A stretch of DNA of 64,000 nucleotides. Source: an uncultured Verrucomicrobiae bacterium. GTDB lineage: Bacteria > Verrucomicrobiota > Verrucomicrobiia > Chthoniobacterales > JAFAMB01. Below, in pieces: positions 1-7,904 of the stretch. The translations under genes were made by a program, and so were the position numbers. A model generated the notes under the pieces. That model saw nothing but the letters and a program-made list of their open reading frames with translations, was not told where the DNA came from and searched no databases. Within the stretch, counting starts at the first letter, position 1. Each line of letters begins with the position of its first letter. The stretch is taken from positions 640,001 to 704,000 of the forward strand of contig CAWEXO010000013.1 in the NCBI GenBank assembly GCA_963813025.1. The letters are read 5' to 3'.

Positions 1-279
1 ATACAAGTTCTAGGCGCCGCGCCTCCGAAAAAGAAGAAGGCTCGGCGGCGCTCCGAGCCCAAGAGGCGCGTGGGAGTTTACACGGCTGAATTACTGGCCT
101 ACCGGAAAACCTAACTGTATTGGGTAGCTTACTGGCGAGCGAATGGCCAAACCGAGCGCAAGTATTTTTTCAATTACGTCTTTTAGACTCAGGTCTAACC
201 AAGCAGAAAGCGATCGAAGCACGACGAGAAGCGGAGCGGCGCTTTCCCTCTCCGGCACCGAGCTGGTCAGATTCGTGAT
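1..279 (+). pseudogene. Degraded AP2-domain (DNA-binding) protein, C-terminal part, runs off window start
   Basis: Manual translation gives ...RRVGVY...*LYWVAYWRANGQTERKYF..(frameshift)..KQKAIEARREAERRF. This fits the AP2 pattern GV...WxAxW..G....K.F....A...A...R..AE, with an internal stop and a frameshift. Confidence 0.5.
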
Positions 280-512
280 TCGGGCTAATCAGATTGTGCC
301 AGTCGCGTCTTGACCCGATTCGAACGTGAAGACAAAGCGAGTAAGCTGCTATTATTCCACTTGATCCGGCTCGTCAGCACAATCGCTCAGACTCCAAGGC
401 TGATTTCAGGTGACATGACCCCGGAACGGGACAGGTCTTAAATGTAGTTCTGCTGGTTGTTATGGGACTAGTGGACTGGTAGCTAATTGTTATTACAAGG
501 TGGCGTCCAGAC

Positions 513-1492
513 TTATCCATAATCGCCCCGGTCCGGCGTGCTGCGAGAATGCCTGGGACAGGTACGCGACGTCGCAGCAGCGCGCCGGACCGGAAAAAGG
601 CGATTGTGGGTAGGTCGCGCATTGAAGCCGCCCGGCTCCGAAGCCGAAGGTTTGTCTTTGTGGGCCTTCTCTGGCTGCTGGGCAGCGCATCGATCCGGCG
701 TCAGATAGCTCAAGGCGCTATGGGGTCGTCGTTGATTGTACTCCACCCGCCAAGCCTCGATGATGACCCGGGCTTCGGCCAGTGAAACGAACATTTCGCG
801 ATTCAGACACTCGTCACGAAACTTATCATGGAAGCTTTCGATGTAGGGTTGTTTCCCACGGGGCGCCAGGCTGGATATAGAGGGTTCTAATCTCTTTGGT
901 ACTCATCCAGTCCCGAATAGCCCCGGCGATGAACTCCGAACCGTTGTCACTGCGGATGTGCTGAGGTAACCCGTATTGCTCGATAGCTTCTTCGATTACG
1001 GCGATCGCGTCGATGGCCCGAATGGAGCGCCGGGGCTCAATCGCAAGGCTTTGTTTGGTGAACTCATCGATCAAGGTCAGAATGCGTAAGGCTCTGCCGT
1101 TTTCCAGCTGCTCATGGATGATATCCCAGCTCCAGACATGATTAGCCTGCTTGGCTCTCTGACGCTGGGCCATCGCGGTTCCCAGCCGCCTGGTCCGGCG
1201 CTGCTTTTTCGCACCTGGAGACCGGCCTCTCGTCGCACCCGCTGAACTCGCTTGGCATTGACCTGATGCCCAGCAGCTCGCAGTAAGGCGGTGATAAATC
1301 TGTAGCCGTAACGCGGATGCTGCTCGCTAAGAGCAATCACTTGGCTCTCAGCTTGGACGGTGCTCTGGCTGACCTGCTCTTCCCGATAATAGCTGGAACG
1401 CGCTAATCCGATGGCTCGGCAAGCTTGGTCGGCGCGACCCAAGCCTTTTCCACAATGTGCTTCACCGCCCGTCGCCGGCTGGACGGACTCAC
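513..1492 (-). pseudogene. IS3-family transposase OrfB (DDE/rve), in three frames
   Basis: HPRYGYR, NHVWSWD, LIDEFT, IRSDNGSEF, PGAPW, WRVEYNQRRPHSALSY motifs. Frameshifts near 1205 and 850. An A7 run at 1495-1501 at the orfA/orfB junction is a typical -1 frameshift signal. Confidence 0.9.
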
Positions 1493-1833
1493 CATTTTTT
1501 TGCGTTGACCTCTTTGAGGATCTGGATCTGCAGCGCTTGGTCAGCCATTACCCGTTTCAATCGGCCGTTCTCATCCTCGAGGGTCCGCAGCCGGCGCGCT
1601 TCATCGACTTCCATCCCTCCGTATTTTCGTTTCCAGCCATAATAGGTTTGCTCGCTGACATTGTGCTTGGCACACGTCGCTCTCACCGTTCCGGCCTGGC
1701 CTTCTTTTGTAAGCGTTTGACCAACAGCATCCTTTGACCAAGAGGTTCGGCTGGAAATTGTGATATGCTCCGGCATTCCTAATGCGCGCTCAATCCCGAG
1801 CGCCAAACTACACCCCCGAACCAAAGGAACACC

Positions 1834-2337
1834 ATGAATCGCATCATTTCGGCTGTTGTCACGGCGTCAGCCCTGATTTTCGGAGTTTTTCTGCCCAGAG
1901 AGGAGGCGGTCGCGCAAACGGCCAAGGATCTTGTGGGAACGTGGACGCTCGTTTCCATCACGCGAGAGCAGGGCGGCAAGAAGACCGATTATTTTGGTCC
2001 CAATCCACAAGGCCAAGCAATTTTCGAACCAAATGGCCGCTTTTCCATAATGTTTATTCGTTCGGATGTTCCTAAATTCGCGTCCAACAATCGCGAGGCA
2101 GGAACTCCAGAAGAAAACAAGGCAGCCACGCAGGGGAGCCTTGCCTACTTCGGCACGTACTCGGTAAGCGAGGCAGATCATACGCTCAACTCTCACATTG
2201 AGGGCAGCACGTTCCCAAACTGGAGGGGAGCCGATCAGAAACGAGTTCTCAAGCTTTCCGGGGACGAACTCACCTTGACTAATCCTAAATCATCCACGGC
2301 TGGAAGCGCTACCTCGGTCTGGAAGCGCGCCAAATAG
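1834..2337 (+). CDS. Secreted lipocalin-like domain protein (Lipocalin_5 type)
   Basis: Signal peptide; DLVGTWTLVS...GPNPQG...GTPEE...AYFGTYSV...FPNW motifs; AAGGA RBS upstream. Confidence 0.8.
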   Translation: MNRIISAVVTASALIFGVFLPREEAVAQTAKDLVGTWTLVSITREQGGKKTDYFGPNPQGQAIFEPNGRFSIMFIRSDVPKFASNNREAGTPEENKAATQGSLAYFGTYSVSEADHTLNSHIEGSTFPNWRGADQKRVLKLSGDELTLTNPKSSTAGSATSVWKRAK

Positions 2338-2606
2338 ACGAAGTATCTGGGAGGTTCAGCCCGAACTAGACTTTTGGTTCTCAAAACGCTTCAGCTTTTG
2401 GTTGCGGCGTAGGATGGCTGCTTCGCGAACATCGTCGATTTTATGCTGTAGCGGACTGAAACCGTAATCGGCTAAAACCGATAACATCGCCCTTCCGGAC
2501 CAAATTAGATGAGGACAACTATAGTGGCGAAATCACCACGATCGCTCAGGACCGCGCTTTAAGAGCTCAGCAGGGTACTTGCGGCAGGGGAGAGGGTCTA
2601 AAACGG

Positions 2607-2830
2607 GTTGATCACCTCATCTCCTTCGAACTTGGCGGTTCCAATTCTATCAAGAATCTCTCGCCGGAGTCATACCGGACTTTACCCTGAAATGCCCGAG
2701 TTAAAGATCGGCTGGAAGATAAGCTTCATGAGCTGGTTTGCAGCGGGCTAGCTTGACCTCAAGACAGCGCAACAAGCAATAGCGTCGAACTGGATCGAAG
2801 CTTATCAGAAGTATGTCAGTCCAAATCCGC
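2607..2830 (+). pseudogene. C-terminal remnant of an HNH-endonuclease-like protein
   Basis: Manual translation VDHLISFELGGSNSIKNLSPESY..*NARVKDRLEDKLHELVCSG/DLKTAQQAIASNWIEAYQKY, with a stop, a frameshift and no N-terminus. Not in the ORF track. Confidence 0.7.
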
Positions 2831-2944
2831 CTGGAGCGGAGCCGGCCCTCCATCGGGCTTCCGGGCTTGGGCCACATCAGGCAAGGTCTGGGTGAATACA
2901 AGGAACGGGAAGTACTGGAAGCCGGGATCGTGCTATTTTTTTTG

Positions 2945-3304
2945 CTAGAGCTCTAGTTCTTTTCGATACCAGTCTTTGCGTCGCGTGCGCGTCAGATCAA
3001 TACCGCCTAAGAGCAGCGAGAGTTCCTCATGACTCAACGTCACTCGATTCGATGGCTCTGCATCAATGGGCCAGCTGAAGCGTCCCTTTTCCAGCCGTTT
3101 TGCACAAATCCATAGTCCGCTCCCATCCCAGAACAAAATTTTAAGTCGATTGCGCGATCCATTGCAGAACGAAAACAGATGTCCGCTTGTCGGCTCGAGT
3201 GCGAGCCGATCACGCACCAGTCCGTGCAATCCATTGAAGCCTTTTCGCATGTCGGTGGCCCCCACCGCCAGATAGATCTGGGTCGCCGGTCCGATTCCAA
3301 ACAC
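2945..3304 (-). CDS. tnpB: IS66 accessory protein TnpB
   Basis: TDMRKGFNGL, KILFWDGSGLWICAKRLEKGRFSWP. Confidence 0.95.
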   Translation of the reverse strand: MFGIGPATQIYLAVGATDMRKGFNGLHGLVRDRLALEPTSGHLFSFCNGSRNRLKILFWDGSGLWICAKRLEKGRFSWPIDAEPSNRVTLSHEELSLLLGGIDLTRTRRKDWYRKELEL

Positions 3305-3310
3305 CGCTTT

Positions 3311-3664
3311 TCACGCCCTTTCCAGTACCGCGATAAGTCCTTCCAAGGTCGGGGCGTCAAATCCGGGCCATACCTCGATTCTACGTCCTCGGAAGAGCAC
3401 TACTTCCAATGCGGAGTGCGACCGACTATTCCCATTGGGCTCCCGCCCGGCCAGCTTCACGGCGACAAACCCGCCGCCCTCCTTGGCTTCACTCTTGTTC
3501 AAGCGCCGCTTTTTAAGTTGGCGCTGTAAGGTGCTCAGCGCCAAACCGTGATTGCGGCAAAACTCGCTCTGTCGCAAACCACTCGCTTCAAATTCAAGCA
3601 CCAACCGCTTGATCTCCTCACCACTTCGTCGCTTCCGCCCAGGGCCTTCTTGGTTTTCAGTCAT
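3311..3664 (-). CDS. tnpA: IS66 accessory protein TnpA (HTH)
   Basis: FEASGLRQSEFCRNHGL HTH; lies between the IS66 left IR and tnpB. Confidence 0.9.
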   Translation of the reverse strand: MTENQEGPGRKRRSGEEIKRLVLEFEASGLRQSEFCRNHGLALSTLQRQLKKRRLNKSEAKEGGGFVAVKLAGREPNGNSRSHSALEVVLFRGRRIEVWPGFDAPTLEGLIAVLERA

Positions 3665-3842
3665 TGAAACAGTCCAGCAAAAAAGCCGCGCGACGACTAG
3701 GTGGGGATCGTATGACGCTTACCTTCTTTCAGTATCCCGATGATTTGCTCTTCGCTAAATCGACTTCGCTTCATTCGTTCTGCTTCCTTTTGATGGAGCA
3801 GAACTACAGTTTTCAATCGTCCACTTTTTGGGGTTCAGGCCA

Positions 3843-4280
3843 CTACCTCTCTTCCGGTGGCTTCCCCACGGGAATGGCACCAAGCTGCGTCATCATGCTC
3901 AGGCCATCCATTAGGATTCGACTCTCCGCCATCTTGCCGGCCACCAGCCGATCGACAACCATACCTTTCACGGTTATCTGCTTGCCTGTGGCAGGAACGC
4001 CGAAGAATTCGCCGCGATGAGTGCCATGCCAGGTAAAGCGGCTAAATACCTTTTCCCCTTCTGCTACCATCTCCTCGATCACCCAATGGATGTCGGGAAA
4101 GGCGGTGCGAAACGCACCAATCACCTGTTTAAGACCTTCGCGCCCCTGCTGCTGGCCAGGAAGAGGCTCGAGTTCCACAAAATCAACGGCCACGAGATCG
4201 TCCGCCCGCTCAAGCTGACCTTGATTGATGACTTCCTCAACAAAACTGATGATCACTGCTTTGTTCTCCGTTGCTGCCAT
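3843..4280 (-). CDS. SnoaL-like ester cyclase / polyketide cyclase
   Basis: ENKAVI...FRTAFPDIHW..E.MVAEGEKV..R.TW.GTHRGEFFGVPATGK. The stop codon abuts the IS3 end. Confidence 0.9.
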   Translation of the reverse strand: MAATENKAVIISFVEEVINQGQLERADDLVAVDFVELEPLPGQQQGREGLKQVIGAFRTAFPDIHWVIEEMVAEGEKVFSRFTWHGTHRGEFFGVPATGKQITVKGMVVDRLVAGKMAESRILMDGLSMMTQLGAIPVGKPPEER

Positions 4281-4541
4281 GGGATTTCCTTTTTCAGCGA
4301 ACTTCTGCAACTCTGTCAATCGTGTAGTTGGCTAGACGGATTCGATCAGTTAGAGTCGGATTCGCTGTAACGCTGGTATGTGACAACGCGTCTCAGGCGA
4401 TCGAAGCGAATCTGGCCGATCTCTTGATGCTTGGCAGACGCTTTCTGCCATTGCCCACGCGGGAGGTACCGCCCAACTGGGCCAAGCAAGTTTGAATATC
4501 GTCGCAAGAGCTGGGCTCTTCGAAGCGCGAGAATGCTTTGT

Positions 4542-5471
4542 TTAGGGGAAGGGCGGCTGAGGAGCGATCGAGTGATCCCCGTTGTCGGTGACCTTCGAAC
4601 CGCCGATTACCACCGTGAAAAAACCACTAGCGCTGCTGAACTCGCCGCCGCTAACGCTGGCCCCGAAGCCACTGGCGGTATTGAGCCCGCCCCCGCTGAC
4701 GCTGGTGTCAGTATTGCTGGCAGTGTTCTCCGCGCCGCCGCTGATGCTGGCCGAGTTGCCGCTGGCGGTGTTCAGACTGCCGCCGCTGACGCTGGCTGAG
4801 GTGCCGCTAGCGGTGTTCTGCGAGCCGCCGCTGACGCTGGCCTGGCGGCCGCTGGCGGTGTTCTGCGAGCCGCCACTGACGCTGCCGTAGACTTGGCTGG
4901 CGGTGTTCTCCGAGCCGCCGCTGATGCTGGTCGCCTCATTGCTGATGGTATTACGATCCCCTGCAACAAGGCCTCCGAAAGCAGTCTTGGTAAACCGATT
5001 ATAGCGCCCAATGACCAGGTTGTGCGACCCGCCGCGTTCGCCGGGATTCAGGGGGACCGTCGGAATTATTTCGTCATAGCCAATGATCAAGTTGCCCAGC
5101 CCGAGGGGATTGCCATTGTCATCGGTCGTGCCCGAGCCGCTGACGATGTGAATGTTCGCGCCGCTAATAGTGATATTCGGCCCTGCCACGCCGCTCTCCG
5201 GGTTGGGATCGACGCTAACAAAAGAGCCAAGCAGTAGCGCGTGATTGGATTTGACCGCGGCTAACTGGTTCTGCAGCGAAGAGACTTGTGTTTTCAGGGC
5301 CGCCACCTCCGCTTTCAAAGCCGGAAGTTCTCTTAACAACCCTTTAAGGCTTGTTAGCTCTTGAGGAGTTGTCGACTCTGAAGGGATGCCTTGGGCATGC
5401 GCTACGGAGCCAACCGTCTGGGCAGCCAAAGAAAGCACTGTTGAAACAAGGCAGCAGTGGATTCGATGCAT
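4542..5471 (-). CDS. Secreted protein with coiled coil and 15-aa Ser/Gly repeats (beta-solenoid adhesin/fibre-like)
   Basis: Signal-peptide-like MHRIHCCLVSTVLSLAAQ...AHAQ, heptads LPALKAEVAALKTQVSSLQNQLAAV, then about 7-8 ASVSGGSxNTASGxx units. Confidence 0.7.
   Translation of the reverse strand: MHRIHCCLVSTVLSLAAQTVGSVAHAQGIPSESTTPQELTSLKGLLRELPALKAEVAALKTQVSSLQNQLAAVKSNHALLLGSFVSVDPNPESGVAGPNITISGANIHIVSGSGTTDDNGNPLGLGNLIIGYDEIIPTVPLNPGERGGSHNLVIGRYNRFTKTAFGGLVAGDRNTISNEATSISGGSENTASQVYGSVSGGSQNTASGRQASVSGGSQNTASGTSASVSGGSLNTASGNSASISGGAENTASNTDTSVSGGGLNTASGFGASVSGGEFSSASGFFTVVIGGSKVTDNGDHSIAPQPPFP
4600..4935. repeat. Coding tandem repeat, 45-bp period
   Basis: CGGTGTTCTGCGAGCCGCC recurs at 4811 and 4856, with further diverged units either side. 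Confidence 0.9.
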
Positions 5472-5799
5472 CTTCGGTTTCCTTTGTAGGGGATTCCCCT
5501 TGGGAAAAGGGACGTTTCGCAAGAGGGGCTCGGTGGGGGGCGGGAAGTACAGGACGCAAGGCTTCATCGTGAGGACGGCATTGAAGTTTAGGGCCGACCT
5601 CCCAAACGACGCCCAGGCTCTTCTCCGCGTCTATACTCCTTTGGGGTGGGGCGCCGGTCGATCCCAGGCTTTATCGGGTGGCCCCGCCTTCGGGTTCGGG
5701 ACTCTTCGCGGAAACATCTTGAGCAATGGAAGCTCGGGAATCACATCTTTGGCCGAGGGTGCTTTTTTATCCGCAAAGGACGACCATATCGCCTTTAAG

Positions 5800-6248
5800 G
5801 CCATCAACGCCCGGCTTGAAACCGTCGATACCGCGCCGAGCTACCGAGAAGCATTCAGGAGGCGACGATGTCTCATTCCGGCTGACGGATTCTATGAGTG
5901 CAAGAAGGTTCCCGGCGGAAAGATCCCCCGCGCAATCGGGATGCGAGACGACGCACCTTTTGGTTTCGCCGGGCTATGGGAGGCATGGAAAGATCCGTCG
6001 ACCGACGAATGGCTGCGCACCTGCACGATCATTACCGGCAAACCCTACGAACTGGTTCCCCAGGTGCACACCCGGATGCTAGTAATCTTGCCAGAAGAAC
6101 ACCACGCGAAATAGTTAGGCGAAGCGGAGGACGGCGACCTCAAAGAACTGCTGAAGCCTTTTCGGCAGAGCGCATGAAGATGTGCCCCATCCGCGCGCGA
6201 GTGAGCAGTCCGAAGAATGACGATGAGGCCATACCGAACCTCATCTAG
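5800..6248 (+). pseudogene. SOS response-associated peptidase (SRAP/YedK family) fragment
   Basis: INAR.ET....SYREAFRRRRCLIPADGFYE, FAGLWEAW, CTIIT, H.RM.VIL. The N-terminal catalytic MCGR is missing; premature stop at 6112-6114 and a frameshift in the tail. Confidence 0.9.
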
Positions 6249-6565
6249 CTACTTCGCCTCAGATTCGGCAACCGCTCCTCGGCAGCTCGTCGCGCTTCCC
6301 TGGCCTTGCGTTCAGCTATGCCATCACCATAGGCATTTTCGCTGAATCTCCTTGATACATCTCTGCCGTTCTCTTTCCAGTATGCTTCCCAAAACCAGTC
6401 AATACGCTTCCCGAGCTTCCGGGAGCCGCGTCTGATGCGGCTTTCCCCCGCTTGGCGAAGTCCAGGTGGTGAGTCCTCGCACCCTGATTGAGAGCGTTCA
6501 AACGATTCTAGAGCTGGATCAAAGAAAGTCGATCCTGAGCCACAAGACAACTGCTCGTCGATCAA
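6245..6565 (-). CDS. AP2-domain-like protein, probably a remnant
   Basis: The C-terminus FWEAYWKENGRDVSRRFSENAYGDGIAERKAREARRAAEERL fits the AP2 pattern WxAxW..G.....FS...YG...A...A...R..AE. The N-terminus is uncertain. Confidence 0.55.
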   Translation of the reverse strand: MIDEQLSCGSGSTFFDPALESFERSQSGCEDSPPGLRQAGESRIRRGSRKLGKRIDWFWEAYWKENGRDVSRRFSENAYGDGIAERKAREARRAAEERLPNLRRSS

Positions 6566-7127
6566 GAACGTTATCGTGACGGCGAAGGCGTCGGGAGAGC
6601 TACATTGCGTAAGATGCTCGCAAGAGGGGCACTCTCTTCTTGAAGCAAGCCGGAGTTTTCAGAAACCGGCGGTCGGTCGGTAAGAGTCGGGCGGCGCGAT
6701 CCCGGATTTAGGGCGACTATCAAGCCGCAAGCAGGTACCGTGAAAATCAGCGGACCTCTCGGTGCTTCGCTTTCTTGATTTTTTTCGCTCATTCTTTTCT
6801 CCGTCGAGCGCTGGTGTTTATCAAAGACAGCACAGCGAATGTCATGGCTGGCTGGGGCCTAGCTGATGCCACCGACCATCGCAATGGAACTGCCGCCGGA
6901 GAGACCCTTCAGGTCTGCCTGATACCGGTTCACTATGATCAGTATCCCAAGGGCCGAGAACCCGATGGCTTCGCTGACTAGGCTCATTCGAGTGGCGATC
7001 CTCTGCAGCACTTGTGCTTATATTCCCGCCTTGCTTTGTTACAATGAATTTGGGGGCACGCGTGTCAGAGCTTTGCGAAAAGAGTGAAAAATTTGTGCTT
7101 ATCCGTTAATGTCGGATTGAAAGCGGG

Positions 7128-7904
7128 TTGCTGATGAGGGGAAGCGATAGCTCGGTGGGAGCTGGCGCGGGCCAATTTCACACCACGCGCTGGACGCTGG
7201 TGATGGCTTCCTCGCATGAGCAAAGCCGGACTGGTCAAGCCGCTTTATCCGCCCTTTGTCAGACTTATTGGTACCCATTGTACACCTTTGCTCGCCGGCG
7301 CGGACATTCACCGCATGACGCACAGGATTTGACCCAGGGGTTTTTCCTGCACCTTTTGGAACATCGGGCGCTCAGCCAGGCTGATCCGCTCAAAGGCAAG
7401 TTCCGATCCTTTCTGCTCGCCTGCTTTCGGAACTACCTTTCGGTCGAGGCGCAGCGAGCCCACGCACTCAAGCGAGGCGGCCAGTGTCAGGTCGTTTCCC
7501 TCGATCTGGAAACGGCCGAAAACCGTTACGGGCTCGAACCGGCGGATCATTTGACAGCGGAGAAGATCTTCGAAGCCCGCTGGGCGCTGACGCTGCTGGA
7601 GCACGCGATGACGATCTTGCGGCAGGAATACCTTGGCAGAGGCAAAGGATTAGTCTTTGACACGTTGAAGGGGTACGTAGGGATTGGCGAAAGCAAGCCT
7701 GCGGCCGCCTACGAAGAAGCTGCAAAAGTGCTGGGCATCGGCGTCGGCACCGTGAAGACACTTATTCACCGCCTACGTAAGCGCTATCTAGCCGTCGTGC
7801 GCGAAGAAGTCGCCAGCACGGTCTCAGATCCAGGAGAGATTGAAGGAGAGATTCGCGCCCTCTGCGATGCGTTAATCGCCGCCGAAGGACGGCTGAGGCC
7901 GTGA
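7128..7904 (+). CDS. ECF-type RNA polymerase sigma factor (kinase-associated type)
   Basis: FHTTRWTLV, YWYPLY.F.RRRG...DAQDLTQGFF, KGKFRSFLL, and sigma4 YEEAAKVLGIGVGTVKTLIHRLRKRY. Overlaps the kinase start by 4 bp (GTGA). Confidence 0.92.
   Translation: MLMRGSDSSVGAGAGQFHTTRWTLVMASSHEQSRTGQAALSALCQTYWYPLYTFARRRGHSPHDAQDLTQGFFLHLLEHRALSQADPLKGKFRSFLLACFRNYLSVEAQRAHALKRGGQCQVVSLDLETAENRYGLEPADHLTAEKIFEARWALTLLEHAMTILRQEYLGRGKGLVFDTLKGYVGIGESKPAAAYEEAAKVLGIGVGTVKTLIHRLRKRYLAVVREEVASTVSDPGEIEGEIRALCDALIAAEGRLRP

Larger units (their letters stand above)
1709..3722 (-). mobile_element. IS66-derived non-autonomous element (2014 bp): tnpA, tnpB, no tnpC, passenger DNA instead
   Basis: Ends are GTAAGCGTTTGACCAACAGCATCC (plus, 1709) and GTAAGCGTCATACGATCCCCACC (minus, 3722). 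It is flanked by CTTCTTTT (1701-1708) and CTTCTTTC (3723-3730), a 7/8 match to an 8-bp target duplication. Confidence 0.9.
1489..3772 (-). pseudogene. IS3-family OrfA, split in two (3723-3772 MKRSRFSEEQIIGILKE; 1489-1708 GQAGTVRATCAKHNVSEQTYYGWKRKYGG...)
   Basis: The two parts join into a canonical HTH OrfA when 1709-3722 and one copy of the 8-bp duplication are removed. Confidence 0.9.
411..3842 (-). mobile_element. IS3-family (IS407-like) insertion sequence, about 1410 bp once the nested IS66-derived element and its duplication are removed
   Basis: Terminal IRs: minus strand from 3842 TGGCCTGAACCCCAAAAAGTGGAC...TGTAGTTCTGCT versus plus strand from 411 TGACATGACCCCGGAACGGGAC...TGTAGTTCTGCT. 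orfA and orfB lie between them. No flanking target duplication seen. Confidence 0.9.

Noticed and set aside
4600..4935. Possible CRISPR array or DGR template (periodic repeats)
   Set aside because: 45-bp in-frame coding repeats with no unique spacers; no cas or reverse transcriptase gene in the window.
5386..5799. N-terminal part of the 242-aa ORF as a novel SRAP fusion
   Set aside because: It overlaps the opposite-strand gene start and has no SRAP similarity; a chance open frame upstream of a truncated SRAP.
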